Shown piece by piece: positions 41,335 through 55,324 of a DNA stretch of 64,000 bases (the first letter of the stretch is position 1; each line of letters begins with the position of its first letter). Under the pieces are notes generated by a model. It did no database searches, had not been told where the DNA came from, and worked only from the letters and a program-made list of their open reading frames with translations. The translations under genes were made by a program, and so were the position numbers. This DNA is from Balanoglossus misakiensis (lineage: Eukaryota; Animalia; Hemichordata): contig CM082581.2 in NCBI GenBank assembly GCA_040954595.2, positions 11,344,286 to 11,408,285 on the forward strand, in the 5' to 3' direction.

Positions 41335-44300
41335 TAATCCTGCATTTGAACCTACAATTAACATGTTATTGTGACCGCTATAAAACTGACAGTTTGTGAG
41401 AGCGACTTACAGCAATAAACACGGTTTAATATATGAGACAACAGGCAAAGGGCGATACATGGTTGTAACTACGACATACCAAGGCTTTATAGCTATACGC
41501 TTTACACAATGAAATACGTGATATGGAATTAATTTTTTTATTACCAGGGACAAAGTTGCCTGTACATTACGCTCACCCAGCAAGCAGTCTTTAGAAAGAA
41601 AGTTGACTGATAGATTCAGTGCGAAAAAATTTGAATTTCAAATTAGGCTAGGTCATTCATAGAATAACACTTGTTTGATATTGAATTTTGTACGAAGAAA
41701 TATTATAACCGAAGAAAGTTGATGGTGTCATGAATTGAAATATGTTATTTTAAGTCGTTAATGGAGAAATGAAGAGAAAACATATGCCTTTATGAAGTTA
41801 ACATTTCACAGCATAGTCACTGCTCAACGTGATTCACATGACAAAGTTGTCTATGACGTAATACCATCGTCTGTTTTAGAAAGTAGAAATATGCAAGAAC
41901 TATACATACCTAGACTATTGTAAGGGGCAATGTATTAAAATAAGTAGTGTATGAAACTAGCTAATTTCTGTTGGAGGCCACTAACTTTAAAAGGACATAG
42001 AGAGGAATAATTTGTGGAGTTCCTATAATTGATGAGGCGAAGAAAAGTTATCTCGTATAACATATGAAAGACAAAAATGTCCGCTGAAGGATTGTCAAAC
42101 CCTTTTATCATTACTAGCAGACCATTACGCCAGGGCGAAAATAAACTACAAGCAAACATGCCAACTTATTTAAAACCAATGAAATTGTTGAAGTAATGGT
42201 GCAAATGGTGATCAGTTTTATGCAAAATTTAAACAAGTTCTCGTCACGTTGACGAGCGGAAAAGATGCAATTTGGATAATGGGGTGATGTAATGTAATAA
42301 CATGAAACGTGGAAAATTCATTCCTTGATGGAATCAGACAGAAAAAATTAGATTTCTGCACAAACTCTTGCTATATAACACAATTTTCTAATTTTCTACT
42401 TTTAAAGGGTCTGTACCACAGATTGCACTTTTACATGCACAAACATGTCCATAGCGACAAAACTGTCTGAATAGTCCTGGGAGACTATGTATCCACCATA
42501 TGTTAATACTTTTCCGTACCTGGTAGTCCTGGGCTAAAAGAGTGCAAACCGTGTACTTTTATTAATGGTGGAGGGCACTTAGTAGGGCAGATATCAAAGA
42601 AACACGGAATTATTGACAGCAGACCACAATTCCACCATTTTAATCTCTCTCTCTCGCCTACTTCCCGCGAGTGTGCGTATTAAAACAGGCCGTCCCTACA
42701 TGTACGTGCGGAATAACGGCATCATCTATATGTGTTGAATTTCCCATGGTCTCTAGAGAAAATTGCCATGTATATAAAGGTGAAATTTTATTATATCGGT
42801 ACTCAAGTAATTATCATCGTGTTTTAGTGCAAAGATGTTGCAGTGCATAGATTGGGGGATTTGCACTCGCGAAAGCTGGATTGCTTAATGAGCGATATTG
42901 TTGGGTGCTGGGGTAGGCTTGCGTCACGTATATTAAGATCTCGAGTCCCTAGATTACTACTTTTCTCCAGGCTGGGATTTGGATATTGGGGATTTTACAT
43001 GAATAAATAGGAGAATTGCCGCCGAGCGATTAAAGTGCATGGGATAAAGAAAAGCAAGAAATCCAGCTGCATCGTCACAGCATTCCTTCCATTATTTGGA
43101 TATTTGTAAGATCACTTGTGTGCGTAAAAAGGCTTGCAAACTGTACACTTTTCAACATGTTCTGGATACACCGGCGAAATGTTGAAGCGGTACGACTGTG
43201 ACGAGCATTAGTGGCTATATATAGCATTCCTTTGAAGATGGGAAGGTCGGCAGATAATTAAGAGATCTGTTTGTGCAACTGATTTGTCACGATTAATGGA
43301 GAGCTGTGCTCATTACTACTTTCTATATATTTCATATCATTGGCTGCCCTGCAACGGGTTTTCTATCCACACCCATTCTGTCATTTCAACCTGTACACAT
43401 GGAACTGATCCATAACAACCAAGGAATGCCATGTGAACCCTTTTAGGACACGTCCGACGACTCATCTTTTGCCTGATCAACACCACGAATAAAAAGCCAT
43501 ATGTTTTTATTCAACAGCGGCATAAACCTCATACTTGATGTCTGTATAGGCCATGTTCAGCGCATTTTATATACTTCTACACATGGCGGTGGGCTGGTGA
43601 AGTCATTTCAGTGTTGTCGTCATTCCGCAACAACAAAAATGCGGGTCCGAGGAGTACTTTTTCCTGACATCGAATCAATCAATCGACCACACTTGCATCT
43701 CAAGATTTCCGAGTGATTAAAGTTCTCCTTGTGCTTTCGTGGTCGCCAAGGTTACGCGCCAGTGCTTGTATGGCGAGAGTTATCGAAGTGACATACTGGT
43801 TGGTTTAGTCGGGACGGGCTCAACTGTCTGCCACTAGGAATCGGACGCCAACTCAATAAAATGCATAATCGGCCGTCAATGATCTCTCGAGTCTGAGATT
43901 CCAATATCTACGGTGAAATTAGAACTACCATCCTGTCTTCAATGGAGCTACGTATATCTTGATTTGCTCTACAGTATCCATTCCGCCTATTAAATTAATG
44001 GAACTCTTGGCCTTTTCTCTATTTATTTTGCATTTTTCATGAAGGTTCGCTATTCGGCCATCGGTGCCAAAATCCCACGGGATTCCATTTTTCAAATTGA
44101 AAGTGGATGGGAGCAAATAACACCGCTTTTACTCAATACGGAAAGGTTTGGCTGGCCTCAAAGAGCCGACCAACGCTTACCACTAAAAACCTCCTATCGT
44201 CAGAACTGAACGTCAGTTAGAAGTGATATACGTTCAGCGAGGTTGCCTTAGGCCACTCGGAATTGAACAAATTTGTAAGAGGGCGATTCACAATGGGTCC

Positions 44301-47300
44301 AACTTTAGGCAGCGGTTCTGCTCATCAACTGTTCACACCAAGTAGATTTTGACACGTTCTTCTACGACAACAGTTTAAATCTTAGAAATCTGACATGAGT
44401 TTACCCTTTTGTTGATATTACATTTTCGCCTGATATATTTCCTCCGAGTGAATGTTCCGTGTTATAATATACCCCCGGTACAAATCGCTGCAGGTATAAG
44501 CGAGCGCATGTGGGATCATTTACCCGCTGCGTTAAAACTTCACCATCTACGGGTTTGTTTGCGCTGACAGGTTTTCACCTTATGGGTCAAGGTTTGGAAA
44601 TATTATAAATGAGCGCGGACAAGTGGGTCAATATTTAAACTGTGTATGTAAGATTTTCAGATTGCGGGACATTTTAGTGCAAACATGGTAAGCGGCTATT
44701 GAGACATCACTTTGGTTTAACGAGCAATCCAGACTTCCGCAGTGCTATAGCCTACCGCAGTTCAAATTCAATACGCCATAAACAGAGAAATCACATACTT
44801 CACATCTCCCCGTACGCCATGATCTCTTAATAAACTAGTACTCAGCTACAAATACGTCTATATCAAGTGCACTGGATAATCCTTTAAAGTAAACAGCGGA
44901 AGTGACGGAGGAAAACTTGTGACGACGCAATCCACTTTGATTTACGATCACTCAACTGTGCATGCATACTAGCATTTCCAAACAAACACAGGCTGTTTTT
45001 ATATTTATCATTCTAAAAAAAGCTTTGGGCTAATGCGAAAGCAGCACAATCTGATATCATAATTCTTGAATTTATGTCTTACTTCTGCTATTTTAGTAAA
45101 AACGTGCACAACAGTTATTACTGCTGTTGCGATTACAAGTGTGCGTATTCATAATACTAGAAGGCACACACCCTTGAATGTTACTATCACAGTCACAAGT
45201 CCATACAAAGAATATTTTTGCACATCCTGGGGTGGTGTCCGTGACCTGTTTTATTGCCTATCGCATTTAGGGTCATAGTGCCACCTGAAGTCACGTACGA
45301 TACGGCGACTACAATAGCTGCCTCACCTCTATTTCGAGAAATGTCAACGGACCAGTTAATCTGCAAAATTACTCCGAGTATGTAAACTAAGTGGGTGCAA
45401 AGTTCGGACGTACGGTCTAATCGAAACTGACAATTACATTTAATTTTTAATTTATTAACAGGGGTCGTTGCCATAGAACAAGTTAGCAAAACGCTGGATG
45501 TGGAAGCGAGTTTAAACGATTTGGATGGTGCCGTAACAAGGTGTACGGTAAAAGTCATTACTGCTTCTTGCCAACGCGGGGAGGTTCATTTTCGAAAATC
45601 TTAATCAGTTTAAACAAGCAGAAAAAATAATTTGAGTCCTTGGCGTCGGGGGGATTAAGCCTGGGCTCTTGGCAACACCAGCTGGCCGTTTAACGATGAG
45701 TAGCAGATTTGATGAATGAATGATGGTCTGTAATACGGCGCACGGCACCATCACAGGTGGCGTAGACCATAAATGTAACGAGAAACGGAAGCAATCACGT
45801 GCGATTTTGCTCAGATTTGAGGCCAAAAAGGTGATCAACAAAGTCATATTATAGAGTAAAGTCGCAGACTCTCTGTGGTTACCGGGGCATGGCCATTTTC
45901 ATGTGTCGGACGCTATCGGTTTCCATGACGACGTTTAACCTTGATTCGTGATATCTGCCAAGTCACTGACACTCTATTCGATTTTGTCAATGCGTGGGGC
46001 CCTTTACGTCTACTGTTTTGTTGCAATGGAAAAATGCGCGACATTTCTATTGCGGAAACGTTTCTGAGAGTGGAATGAATAGGCTGTGTTTTGGGAACAC
46101 TATGAGTCGTATAAACCCAATTATTATATTTATTCACCGAGAAGCAATTGCTTTGATGTAAGATCGAGGTCCGCAGTTCGAAAGTGTGCCTTTATGGCGT
46201 CCGTATTGTGCTGAAAAAAGCACGGTAATCAAGGTTTTCGAGAAACAAAATTACATCTAAATTTAGTCTGCGCGTTCTGTGGACGTTTTCAAGGAGGAAA
46301 TCGGACTGTTTGGTAAGTCATTCAATGCATCAAGGGTGTGTGAAACCCATTTACGCATGCAGTTTAGATGTTTGGACCGGTTAAAATGAACCAATCTCAT
46401 CACGACCATCTACAGGGAAGACACCTTCAACATGGACTGACTCGTGTGCGCCTAAGTGTCGGCATTGTTGTTATGTAACAACAGTTACATTGTTGAACCA
46501 ACTCTTCAATACGAGAAAAATCCAGAAAAGGGAACAAATATTCAGGGTTTTTTTTGTCCTCACGTCAGTTATTGGAAAGTATCCAGATTATACATGCATG
46601 AACAACACCAATTAACTCTCCGTGGGAATCAGAATGCATCGATTGCCACAAACACTACAGCTGATCTTTTTGTAGAGACCTTAAATTACCACTGACTAAA
46701 ATGCTGAAACCCCCCATAGCGCCGTGAAATTATGCAGTGGCTATTTGCATTTGTAGTCCGTCAAATTACAAAGGCACTAACCGTGTCCAGCGTTTTCTGA
46801 TTGTAAAGCTGATGAATATTATCTGATCATTGTTATGCTTTATACCCCTCATATTCAGATATCGGTGAGACAAAACAACGCATACTGCAGCGTGTGCAGT
46901 GAGCAAGTATAGACAAGAACTTCATTATTATCATCAGCATGTGCCTACTGAAACATTTGTGACTCACTGACATGTAACAACATGTACAAAATTCAAAATT
47001 CACAAATTTGGCATCACACAATCATTTTTGTCGGTGCATATTTATACTGCTTGGAATTGGATCGCACCAGGCCGGTTTCTAAGAGACGACGGATCGTCGT
47101 AACATGATCGTATCCTTGTGCGACAGGAGTCGATACAATCTGTTCAGTTAGCCACTTCTCGGTTGATGGGCAATGTTTTGCTAGCCTCAGATAGCCTCAT
47201 ACTCTAGAAGGCCCAATGGGGTTTTAGTGGCCACATATGTCTCGCCCTTTATCAAATGCGCAGCGGCGGCGGCGATGAATTGATTTCTGCTTCAAGTGAC

Positions 47301-49749
47301 GGAGTAATCCGGGACTCAATTTCCTTGTCATTTCTCCCATTTTGTTTCTCTTCGCTGCAGCGAAACTTGAATATTTCCTTTCCAGGCTTATTTTCATAGA
47401 GTAAGACCAAAAAAAAAAAAACAGAACTTGAAACCAACGAGATCGCTAATTTCAGCACTGACGCCCACAGTTAGCCCTTAAGGGTTATGAGAGATTTCAC
47501 GTCGTGCCATTTCACCTGGGCGGACACAAATTTGTTTTGCTGTCAACTGCAACGTTAACGTGATATTGCCCATGCGCAGTGTCCATCGGGAGATGGGAAG
47601 AATATTAGTTTATTTTAATTCCCATCAAGCCGTTTATTTCCTTTGTTTGATAGTAGAGAATATGAGATTGTTATTTCAGCACCGTATTTTTCAGAATAAA
47701 GCAACCTTAATAGCCCAGAAGAAACATATCAATTTGAAGAAATGATGTGATTCGTTCATTATTTCTAAAGTAAACGTTTAACGTATCGAATCGAATACGC
47801 ACCATTACTTCTCTAATTCAATTTTCCCCGTCTGAATTTTTTTTTCAAGTCAGTTCTAAACTGTTGACATGTATGGATCGATTCGGCGACCCGTTGATGG
47901 CCTCCGTCAAGCTGCGTCGGAAGCCAACTGGAAATGCAAACGATGATTTTTGGGCCGACGTCTTTTGTTACGAGGCCTTGGTCATTTATACTGGGAAGAG
48001 CTGGACAATGGCAGTTTCGCAGCAAAAGCCTGATTTGTTATTGGTTTGAAAGTGTCTAATTATTTATCTGATTTCTTTTGATTTGTTTCGTTCATGCGTT
48101 TGTAGAGACAAGCGACTTCATATCAGTCAACGGGGGAGGTAGCATGGCAGACAGAGGGGCTAAGAAAGATACTAGCAGCTTTCACGAACCCGTTCCCTGC
48201 AGCGGACGGACGGCAACTTGTGGCGATGCAGTTACATTACTTCTGATGTATGGGAAGGAGGCTCAAAAGAAAGAAAACAAAAAGACCGTCAAATATCAAT
48301 TGAATATAACTCAGTGTATTGTGTACATGAATTGGAAGTGACAATTCTGGTGTAGACAATGAGAACAATGGCAATTGTTTTCAAACACAATTATGACTGT
48401 GTAGTCCATTGATACAGACACCAATGAGGTTGACCAAGATAATAACACGATCAACTGGTAAAGTCCCATACAGTTCTGATAAACATACAAAAAGATTGCA
48501 TATGGTGTATATAGTAGTTTTGGTTAAGATTACTATTCTTCAGTGGGTTCGGGATTTAACAAAGTCTAGTAATCTGAAGGGTGATGACAAACTGTTAATG
48601 TTATTTATATTCTTTGTGTGAATTAATGTGAAAAACCGCTCCATAAGTACAGATAATCAAAACGCGTGAATTTCATAGAACCACAATGGTTTTAAAGAAT
48701 TTAATTACATTGGAGATTCGTCTACAGTTAACAGTCACTGAAAACGTAGAATTTACAAACCAAATTCCACAGTAATTTCATTATGAAGTTGTTGACTCCA
48801 AATGGTCAATTTAATCAGATTTCCAAGGACCAAATAGCGTGTTACGTGTCCTAATATGACATTCTTAAATGAGATAATATCTTATCCAAACAGCTGGACA
48901 GGTCCTGGAGCATTGCATAAAGCATATTTCTCAGAGTCAACAATCCCGCGATCGATCATGAATTGGCAGGAACAACGACCCCAGTGACCTTTTACAAATG
49001 TTTGGACGCAAATGTTTCACTATTCAATTCGAAACCATGACGAGCCCATCCCATGATCAAAGTTTACAGTTTTCCATAATTAGGTGTGATGACAATTTCT
49101 ACTGTCTGTTTACTTTACACGAACACATGGCAACCAACTTTACTGCACTGGCCCATAGTACATGCATGATATTATTATTATTATAAATTTCAGAGTCAGC
49201 GGTATTACTCAAATAATTATGTACATATGGGTAATCCATCAAATGCTGGGCCAATGCCGAATTGATAAATGCATACCCCACCCAGTGTCTATAGAATTAA
49301 ATAGCAACTGTCCACATTTATATATAAAAATTAAAAACCCTTGATATGGAAAGAAATCGCTTTCAATATGTTTCTAAATCTAATTGAATTCTCAGTGTGG
49401 CGTTCAATGCAGTTTCACACTAACAATAACATCGGGATATAAGCTTACAAGATGGACTTATTAAACGAATCAGTTTACGCTACCTTAAAATTTCGGTTTC
49501 ATTTAACCATGGTAACCATACTTCATTCAGGAAGCCATGTTTAGCGGACAATAATTATTAAATAGCGTTCCTTTCCATGCAACCACTGATGGTGGTATTG
49601 TCACTTTGGAACGATTTTTTCCACGAAGTCCGTCTCAGAGAATTCTTCTTCTTGTCTCCAGCCTAGTGAATCGTTGACAGGTCTCTGTTCACAACACAAG
49701 CCTTCTGTCTCTCCGTGATGAACTGTTTGAAAACTCAGGTTTCGCCGTT

Positions 49750-51180
49750 TTATTTGCACTGCACTATTTTCTTGAATGCTTTGTTGAAATCCCTATTGAA
49801 AATAGTGTATATGACTGGGTTTGCTGCACTGTTGCAATAGCCGACCCAGAAGAAAAACTTGAAGAGCAGCACAGGTATATTACACATTGTCTTACACAAG
49901 GCGAAGATGACGTAGAGGAGAAAGAAGGGTAACCACGATAACAAGAAGGTCCCCATGATGACGCCAAGCACGAACGTTGCTCGCCGTTCTTTGGCTTGAG
50001 CCAGTTTCCGTTTCTGTCTCTCGGTGTCCGCTGCTAGATTGTGACTTCGCGACACGACGTGGTGATTGTTTGGGTTTGACTTCTTTAGCTGCAGTACTTG
50101 TATCAGTGGCAGTTTAGTTGTAGAGTTGGCGTGCAGCTGGCGCGAGTTCTCGTTTTTATCTCGACCATCGGCTTCATTTATTGTGGTGATGGTAGTGATA
50201 TTGGTAGACGAAGGTTCAACGTCAGTTACCGAAATTGCGCTTCTTGGGCTCACGCCAGGACTGGATGGAACCGGTGAACTCGTCGTGGTTTCTTCCGCCG
50301 AGATCTTTTGATAATCTCGTCTTTTCATGGGAATATCGTGGTTGTTTTTGTTTTTATGATTGTCCACTTTCGGCTTCTTAGATCGTTTTTCAGCCCTCGC
50401 CATTCTAAGTGAAGTTCGAGCTCTGTTTTTAGCGGCGTACCAAATGCGTACGTATACAACGATCATTACAAACGCCGGAATGAAAAACGAACCGCTTGTT
50501 GAGTACAGAATGTACCCGGTGTCTTCACTCAATAAACAGATTGGATAGACGGGATCGGGAGGGACGTCCGATCTCCAGCCAAACAGAGGTGGTATTGATA
50601 TTATCCCCGACAGCAACCAGACGAGGAAGATCATGAATGCTGCGCGTTTCGGAGTTCGCCTTTTAGCGTATTCAAGAGCTTGGGTGATAGACCAGTATCG
50701 ATCTAAGCTGATAAGACAAAGGTTTAGAATCGAAGCGGTGCAGGCCATAACGTCTAAACACAGCCAGATATGACACCACCACAACCCAAAAATCCAGTAG
50801 CCCATCAGTTCGTTGGTGATACCGAATGGGATTATCAACACACCGACCATGAGATCGCTTACGGCTAGAGACAGCAGAAACCAGTTTTGTATTCCCTTCA
50901 ACGAACGCTCTCTCAAAATTGCGATGCATACCAGTGTGTTACCGAACACAATGCTGATAACCAGCAAAACTGTACACACGGCAGCAAGGATTATACGATC
51001 GCTGGTGTAACCGCTCGGTGGGTAGGGTCGCCCGTCGGTGAGGGTCGTAACATTAGTAGCTTCCGTTGTCGACGTGATATTAAAAGCCGGTACAGTGGAA
51101 TACGGAAGCCAGCTAGTATAATTGGTCGTTGGTAATGGCGTACCGCTATTATTGAATGTAAATTCGTCCGCCATCGGCAT
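49750..51180 (-). CDS. ADRA2: Alpha-2 adrenergic-like (alpha2-adrenergic / Oct-alpha2R family) class A GPCR, single coding exon, 476 aa from first ATG
   Basis: Uninterrupted ORF with 7 hydrophobic segments. Motifs: TM1 GN; TM2 QNWFLLSLAVSDLMVG..IPF..TNELMGYWIFG; TM3 LDVMACTASILNLCLISLDRYWSITQA (D3.32, DRY) followed by RTPKRA; TM5 YSTSGSFFIP (S5.42/S5.46); TM6 ERRATFVLGVIMGTFLLSWLPFFLLY (F6.51/F6.52/Y6.55); TM7 LFKFFFWVGYCNSAANPVIYTIFNRDF..AFKKI (F7.39, NPxxY). Long third loop, very short C-tail ending in Cys-Lys, N-terminal N-glycosylation sequons (NNS, NYT, NIT, NVT). The ORF-track start at 51186 is GTG; first ATG is 51180, alternative 51174. The symbol denotes the family, not a vertebrate subtype. 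Confidence 0.93.
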   Translation of the reverse strand: MPMADEFTFNNSGTPLPTTNYTSWLPYSTVPAFNITSTTEATNVTTLTDGRPYPPSGYTSDRIILAAVCTVLLVISIVFGNTLVCIAILRERSLKGIQNWFLLSLAVSDLMVGVLIIPFGITNELMGYWIFGLWWCHIWLCLDVMACTASILNLCLISLDRYWSITQALEYAKRRTPKRAAFMIFLVWLLSGIISIPPLFGWRSDVPPDPVYPICLLSEDTGYILYSTSGSFFIPAFVMIVVYVRIWYAAKNRARTSLRMARAEKRSKKPKVDNHKNKNNHDIPMKRRDYQKISAEETTTSSPVPSSPGVSPRSAISVTDVEPSSTNITTITTINEADGRDKNENSRQLHANSTTKLPLIQVLQLKKSNPNNHHVVSRSHNLAADTERQKRKLAQAKERRATFVLGVIMGTFLLSWLPFFLLYVIFALCKTMCNIPVLLFKFFFWVGYCNSAANPVIYTIFNRDFNKAFKKIVQCK

Positions 51181-51589
51181 GATCACGAGGTGTCGCTTTG
51201 CGTTACCGCAAGTACTCGAAGCCTTGCTTTATCTCACCGACGCGTTCGTTTTTATCAAATAGAAGCGATCAGTCGTGAAAGTTTACAGTGTAAGTGTGTA
51301 AGGTGTGCTTTGCAAAACAGCTGACTTGAATTACAGACAGTGGTGACAGTCTCGCTGTCGAGGTTATCTACAATCCATGTGTCAATAGCGTTAGAAGAAT
51401 ACTCAGTCTTACCGATCCAACTGCAACTTCAGCGTGACTATCGCTCATCTATGTCCCTTTATCGGTGATATAAAAGCGAAAAGGGCACTTGGATATTATG
51501 TATATATCGTCGGGTTAATAATACAAAGCCCTGGTCGAACGAGTTGTGTAACGCGTGATAGTGGAACTTGTTCAAACAAATTCTACACA

Positions 51590-51900
51590 CAGGTGCTTCG
51601 ATGACAATATGCGTAGACGACGTCGGAGCGGAGACTCTTGCAGAGCGCCGAGCCTTGGGCAAGTGTGGTGGCTGCGTCGTGGATGAAGTCAGTCCTACCG
51701 CGGCACGATGACAGTCAGTTCCCAACCAGTGTCCACTCACAACGGCTATACATAGCCAGTACGCGACGCCGACATCATGTTACTCCACGCGTGTACGCTT
51801 GATGCTATGATTGCGACTGAATGGACAACGCCGTATTTAAACTCCCCGATTTAATTGGGTGGTCGCTCACAAAGCGCCTTGACGTGTTGCATGTAAACTC
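51590..51900 (-). promoter_or_regulatory. Candidate proximal promoter / 5' region of the GPCR gene
   Basis: Locally GC/CpG-richer segment upstream of the ATG, TATA-like TTTAAATA on the minus strand (51834-51841), CCAAT on the minus strand near 51854, CRE half-site TGACGT near 51880. The TSS cannot be determined from sequence. Confidence 0.3.
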
Positions 51901-54900
51901 CAGTTTCGCTACTGGCTGTGTGATAGGAATGGCTAATTCCGCCTGACACCCCATATCAATGTCACAGGCACTTTTTCATACCTTGCTACGGTATCCACTA
52001 AATTGATGTAGATGCCGATCAAAGCGAGGCTTTCAGCATGATCAAAATCCCAATTCAGCCACAGCAAATTACTGCTCATTTGAGCTAAATTACAGGAGCT
52101 TGCTGATTGGTCGGGCGTACACCTCCCATGGTACATTTCTATGTAAATGATCTATTTGGACGCTCAATGACGCCATTCCGGGTGCGCAGAAATGACACGA
52201 GTCGGTGAAAATCCAGACCGCATCGTTGCTCTGGCAACCAGGGTAACGCACACTCTGGCATTGAATTGAAGTGCGCCAGCACATTGAAGAGAGTCGATTT
52301 TCGACATCAACTCTCCTCGCCTTCAATTGATCGTGGTCAAACGCAGCAACTCAAAATGTTTAAAGATATTGCATTGAATTTAATAATAATAATGATCACA
52401 ATGATCGGATTCATAATTACATTGTATTTATATTAAAAATTCTTGATCACTTGAGTATTTATTTGGCATTGGCACACAAATACACGGATAGCCTTATTCG
52501 CAGGACGCCCCCTCGAATCAAACCGCCCAGAACTGTGAGTGACCTGCTTACGCTGCGTCCGAGTCAGCGACCATTATTCACCCATATTCTAAATTTGTTA
52601 GGTATACACGTCGAACAAAGTACTTCAGTACAAGATACAATTTTCCAACAGCAACTGGTCCATTAGCATTCATAGGCTCTTCACTCAATAACAGCCTTAC
52701 GCATGTCGTAACCAAAACTACCTGTACTGCTTATCAGAACTGCATTTATTCTTATTAATGATATTCATTGCTTTCTACTACGATTTGACCTCACCGATGA
52801 GACTCACACTGCAAGAAGAATGCCATTCTCGAAGTGATTCATGTTATATCTGCAGTGAGTGTTATGTACGGTCGACGGGAATGGAACTATATATAAGACA
52901 TTGTTTGCACGCAGCCAGCTAAAGTGAAATGAACCAGTTCGTCTACGAGGCTGTTCGGGGTGTGTATGATAAAATATGGCAACCACGCCCAACCAATAAT
53001 ATCTGTGCATATGCCGTGTATTCCTTTTATAGCAGTTCACATTGTTGGCCTAAACACCATGTTACAGTTGTGGGCGTTCTGACGTTATTTACATGCACTT
53101 TTAATGCGATCGCCTGTCGCTGAAGTTCAAAAATCGGGTGTAATTAGCATGACAATTGGAAAGACGTGCCGAAATGTCATCGTTGGTTCGGAGTCAGAGA
53201 AACACACAACGGGCCACGGCACTCTTACACATGTCACACGCACGTTCAAATACATGTATGTAAACCAGCGATTGGTTTTATCGCACATCTAAATTACATT
53301 GTACACGAGGTTTGGATCAGAGCTGGAAAGATGTTACAACTGTTTTTCAACACATTTAATTTCCGCCAGACTGATGAAACACAATACCATCGGAAATCAA
53401 AATATGAATGGCAATTTGTCTATATCTACTAGGTTTTCGTCAAGTGTCGAAACCACCTCTCAGATCTTCCATTAGTCAGCCGCCCTAAACAGATGTTTGC
53501 TATTACAGTTTGAGGGGTTACATGCACCTTTGCATTACTGACCCTTTTACCAGGACATTATACATTGCTGTCGTTTCCCGCCAAAACGACACTACAGAAA
53601 TATAAAGGAATACAATTATTTTCATCGACCACGACCACGGTGAAAGAGATTATGGCTACAATGATTGCAATTGCCGCCTCCATTTTTGATAAAAAGGTGC
53701 CATTGATTGTTTCCCATTTCAAGTGGCACAAGCAAGACTGAAATGAAGTGGTTGTCTGGATCTAATAATAACGAAACACTCGGAAAAAGGTTATCAAATA
53801 CTTTTAGAATTTCACATTGCATTTATGTGGATTAGCAATGACAGGCACGATGACGGAGTAATTCATACTTTGACACCATCAACCATTCTGCGAATGTCAG
53901 TGATGAAATTAAACAATCCGCATTTATATGTAAATACGATAAGAGGATTATTATGATAATCATAGCGTAATGATGATATCAAAGTAATTAATTTTATTGA
54001 CAGGCGATTCATTATTGATAACGGTGTGATTAATTTGCATATGGTCTCTGGCTTTACTGTTTGCATATAACACAGCTGACAAACTGCATATTTCTGTAGT
54101 ACCATAATATGTCAAAGGGATCGTACCGGTAACCTAATCAAGTTTTCATAAGGTGTTTGTAATTTTATTGAAAGTATCGATTACAGTCCATTGTTATACT
54201 TCGCAAATTATATTTAAATAAAACATGAAATGGCATTTTAAGAAAGCCATTTGCTATATTAAACAGAATATATCACAAACAAAATTTAAAGCTACTGCTT
54301 TTAAAGCCTACACTTTAATCATTGCTTCCAGAACGTCAACGCGTAATGTAATCATCGTGTTTTTCATTCATCCACTGATAAAGAGCGACAGACATTTAAT
54401 ATTTCGCCCGCCAACATCTTTGAGTAAAACAGTCACTCCTTCACTGCAACGTTTAGTAGTGTGTAACATATGTTTTCTGTTTTCGCGATTATTAAGTAAG
54501 ATAATATGTATTTCTAGAAGAAGTGCAGTGTGTACGCGGGGAGAATTTTATCTGAGGAAGCGGGACTCTGAGGCAATTAATAACCACACTGGTATGCTCA
54601 AGTAGATGTTTCAAATTTTATTGAATTATGTATGGGCATAAAATGGATTACTATCACTCTAAGGTCCAATGCGATAAGACGTTTCAGGCGCGCGACTGCT
54701 AATACGTCTTTACACAAAGTACAACGATCTCAAGTAGAGAACACGGCCAACGCCCCCGCGGTGGATTACCAACGTTTTGGTCAACTCATATCGGTACATT
54801 GACCGTCGTTCAAAGAGACTCGGTGATACAAAGCTTGTCGTGTTTCCCCATGACTGGGATACCACAGCGTCACCTTTGACCCCGCCAGGAGACAAACTCA

Positions 54901-55324
54901 CCAGGGTTACTCATTCTTGACCATACTTTTGCAACTTTATCAACTGTCATTAAAGGAGCAGAAATGCCTTTCGCAGTGGGCTGTCATTGAACGGGGAACA
55001 CTTGATGAATGATGACGGCGAATTTGAAACATTATTAAGTCGGAAATACAGCCGTATCAACAACTGACTTCTTTGATTTTGACAGACTTACTGAACAATC
55101 CGAGCAGATCGTATTCCAAGGTCTTAATGATTACACCATTGAGTAAATGATTTTTTACCTTACGTTGAGTGACGGCTTTGAAGATCAAAATAAAATCACC
55201 CCATACCGAGAAAATTAAATAACTTTAGGACGAGTGAAGAAAGAATTACGTGTCTACTTTACCGCTTATTATACGTAAAACAGCCAGCCAGACTGACAGA
55301 AATAACAACTGCGTAATCCCATAC

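Noticed and set aside
41174-41374. Hydrophobic LS/VCLS-rich ORF resembling a membrane peptide
   Set aside because: Translation of the TC/TCTG microsatellite
35138-47683. REST/NRSE half-sites (GGCGCTGTC near 35138; TTCAGCACC near 47675)
   Set aside because: Only half-sites, far apart; no complete 21-bp RE1
45066-48341. Cluster of 60-120 aa ORFs downstream of the receptor
   Set aside because: No protein motifs; more consistent with moderately GC-richer non-coding sequence
49749-49754. AATAAA overlapping the GPCR stop codon
   Set aside because: Arises from AAA-TAA-AA; likely coincidental, as a long AT-rich putative 3' UTR follows
49764-51135. Short ORFs overlapping the GPCR on both strands
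   Set aside because: Shadow frames of the real CDS; no independent features
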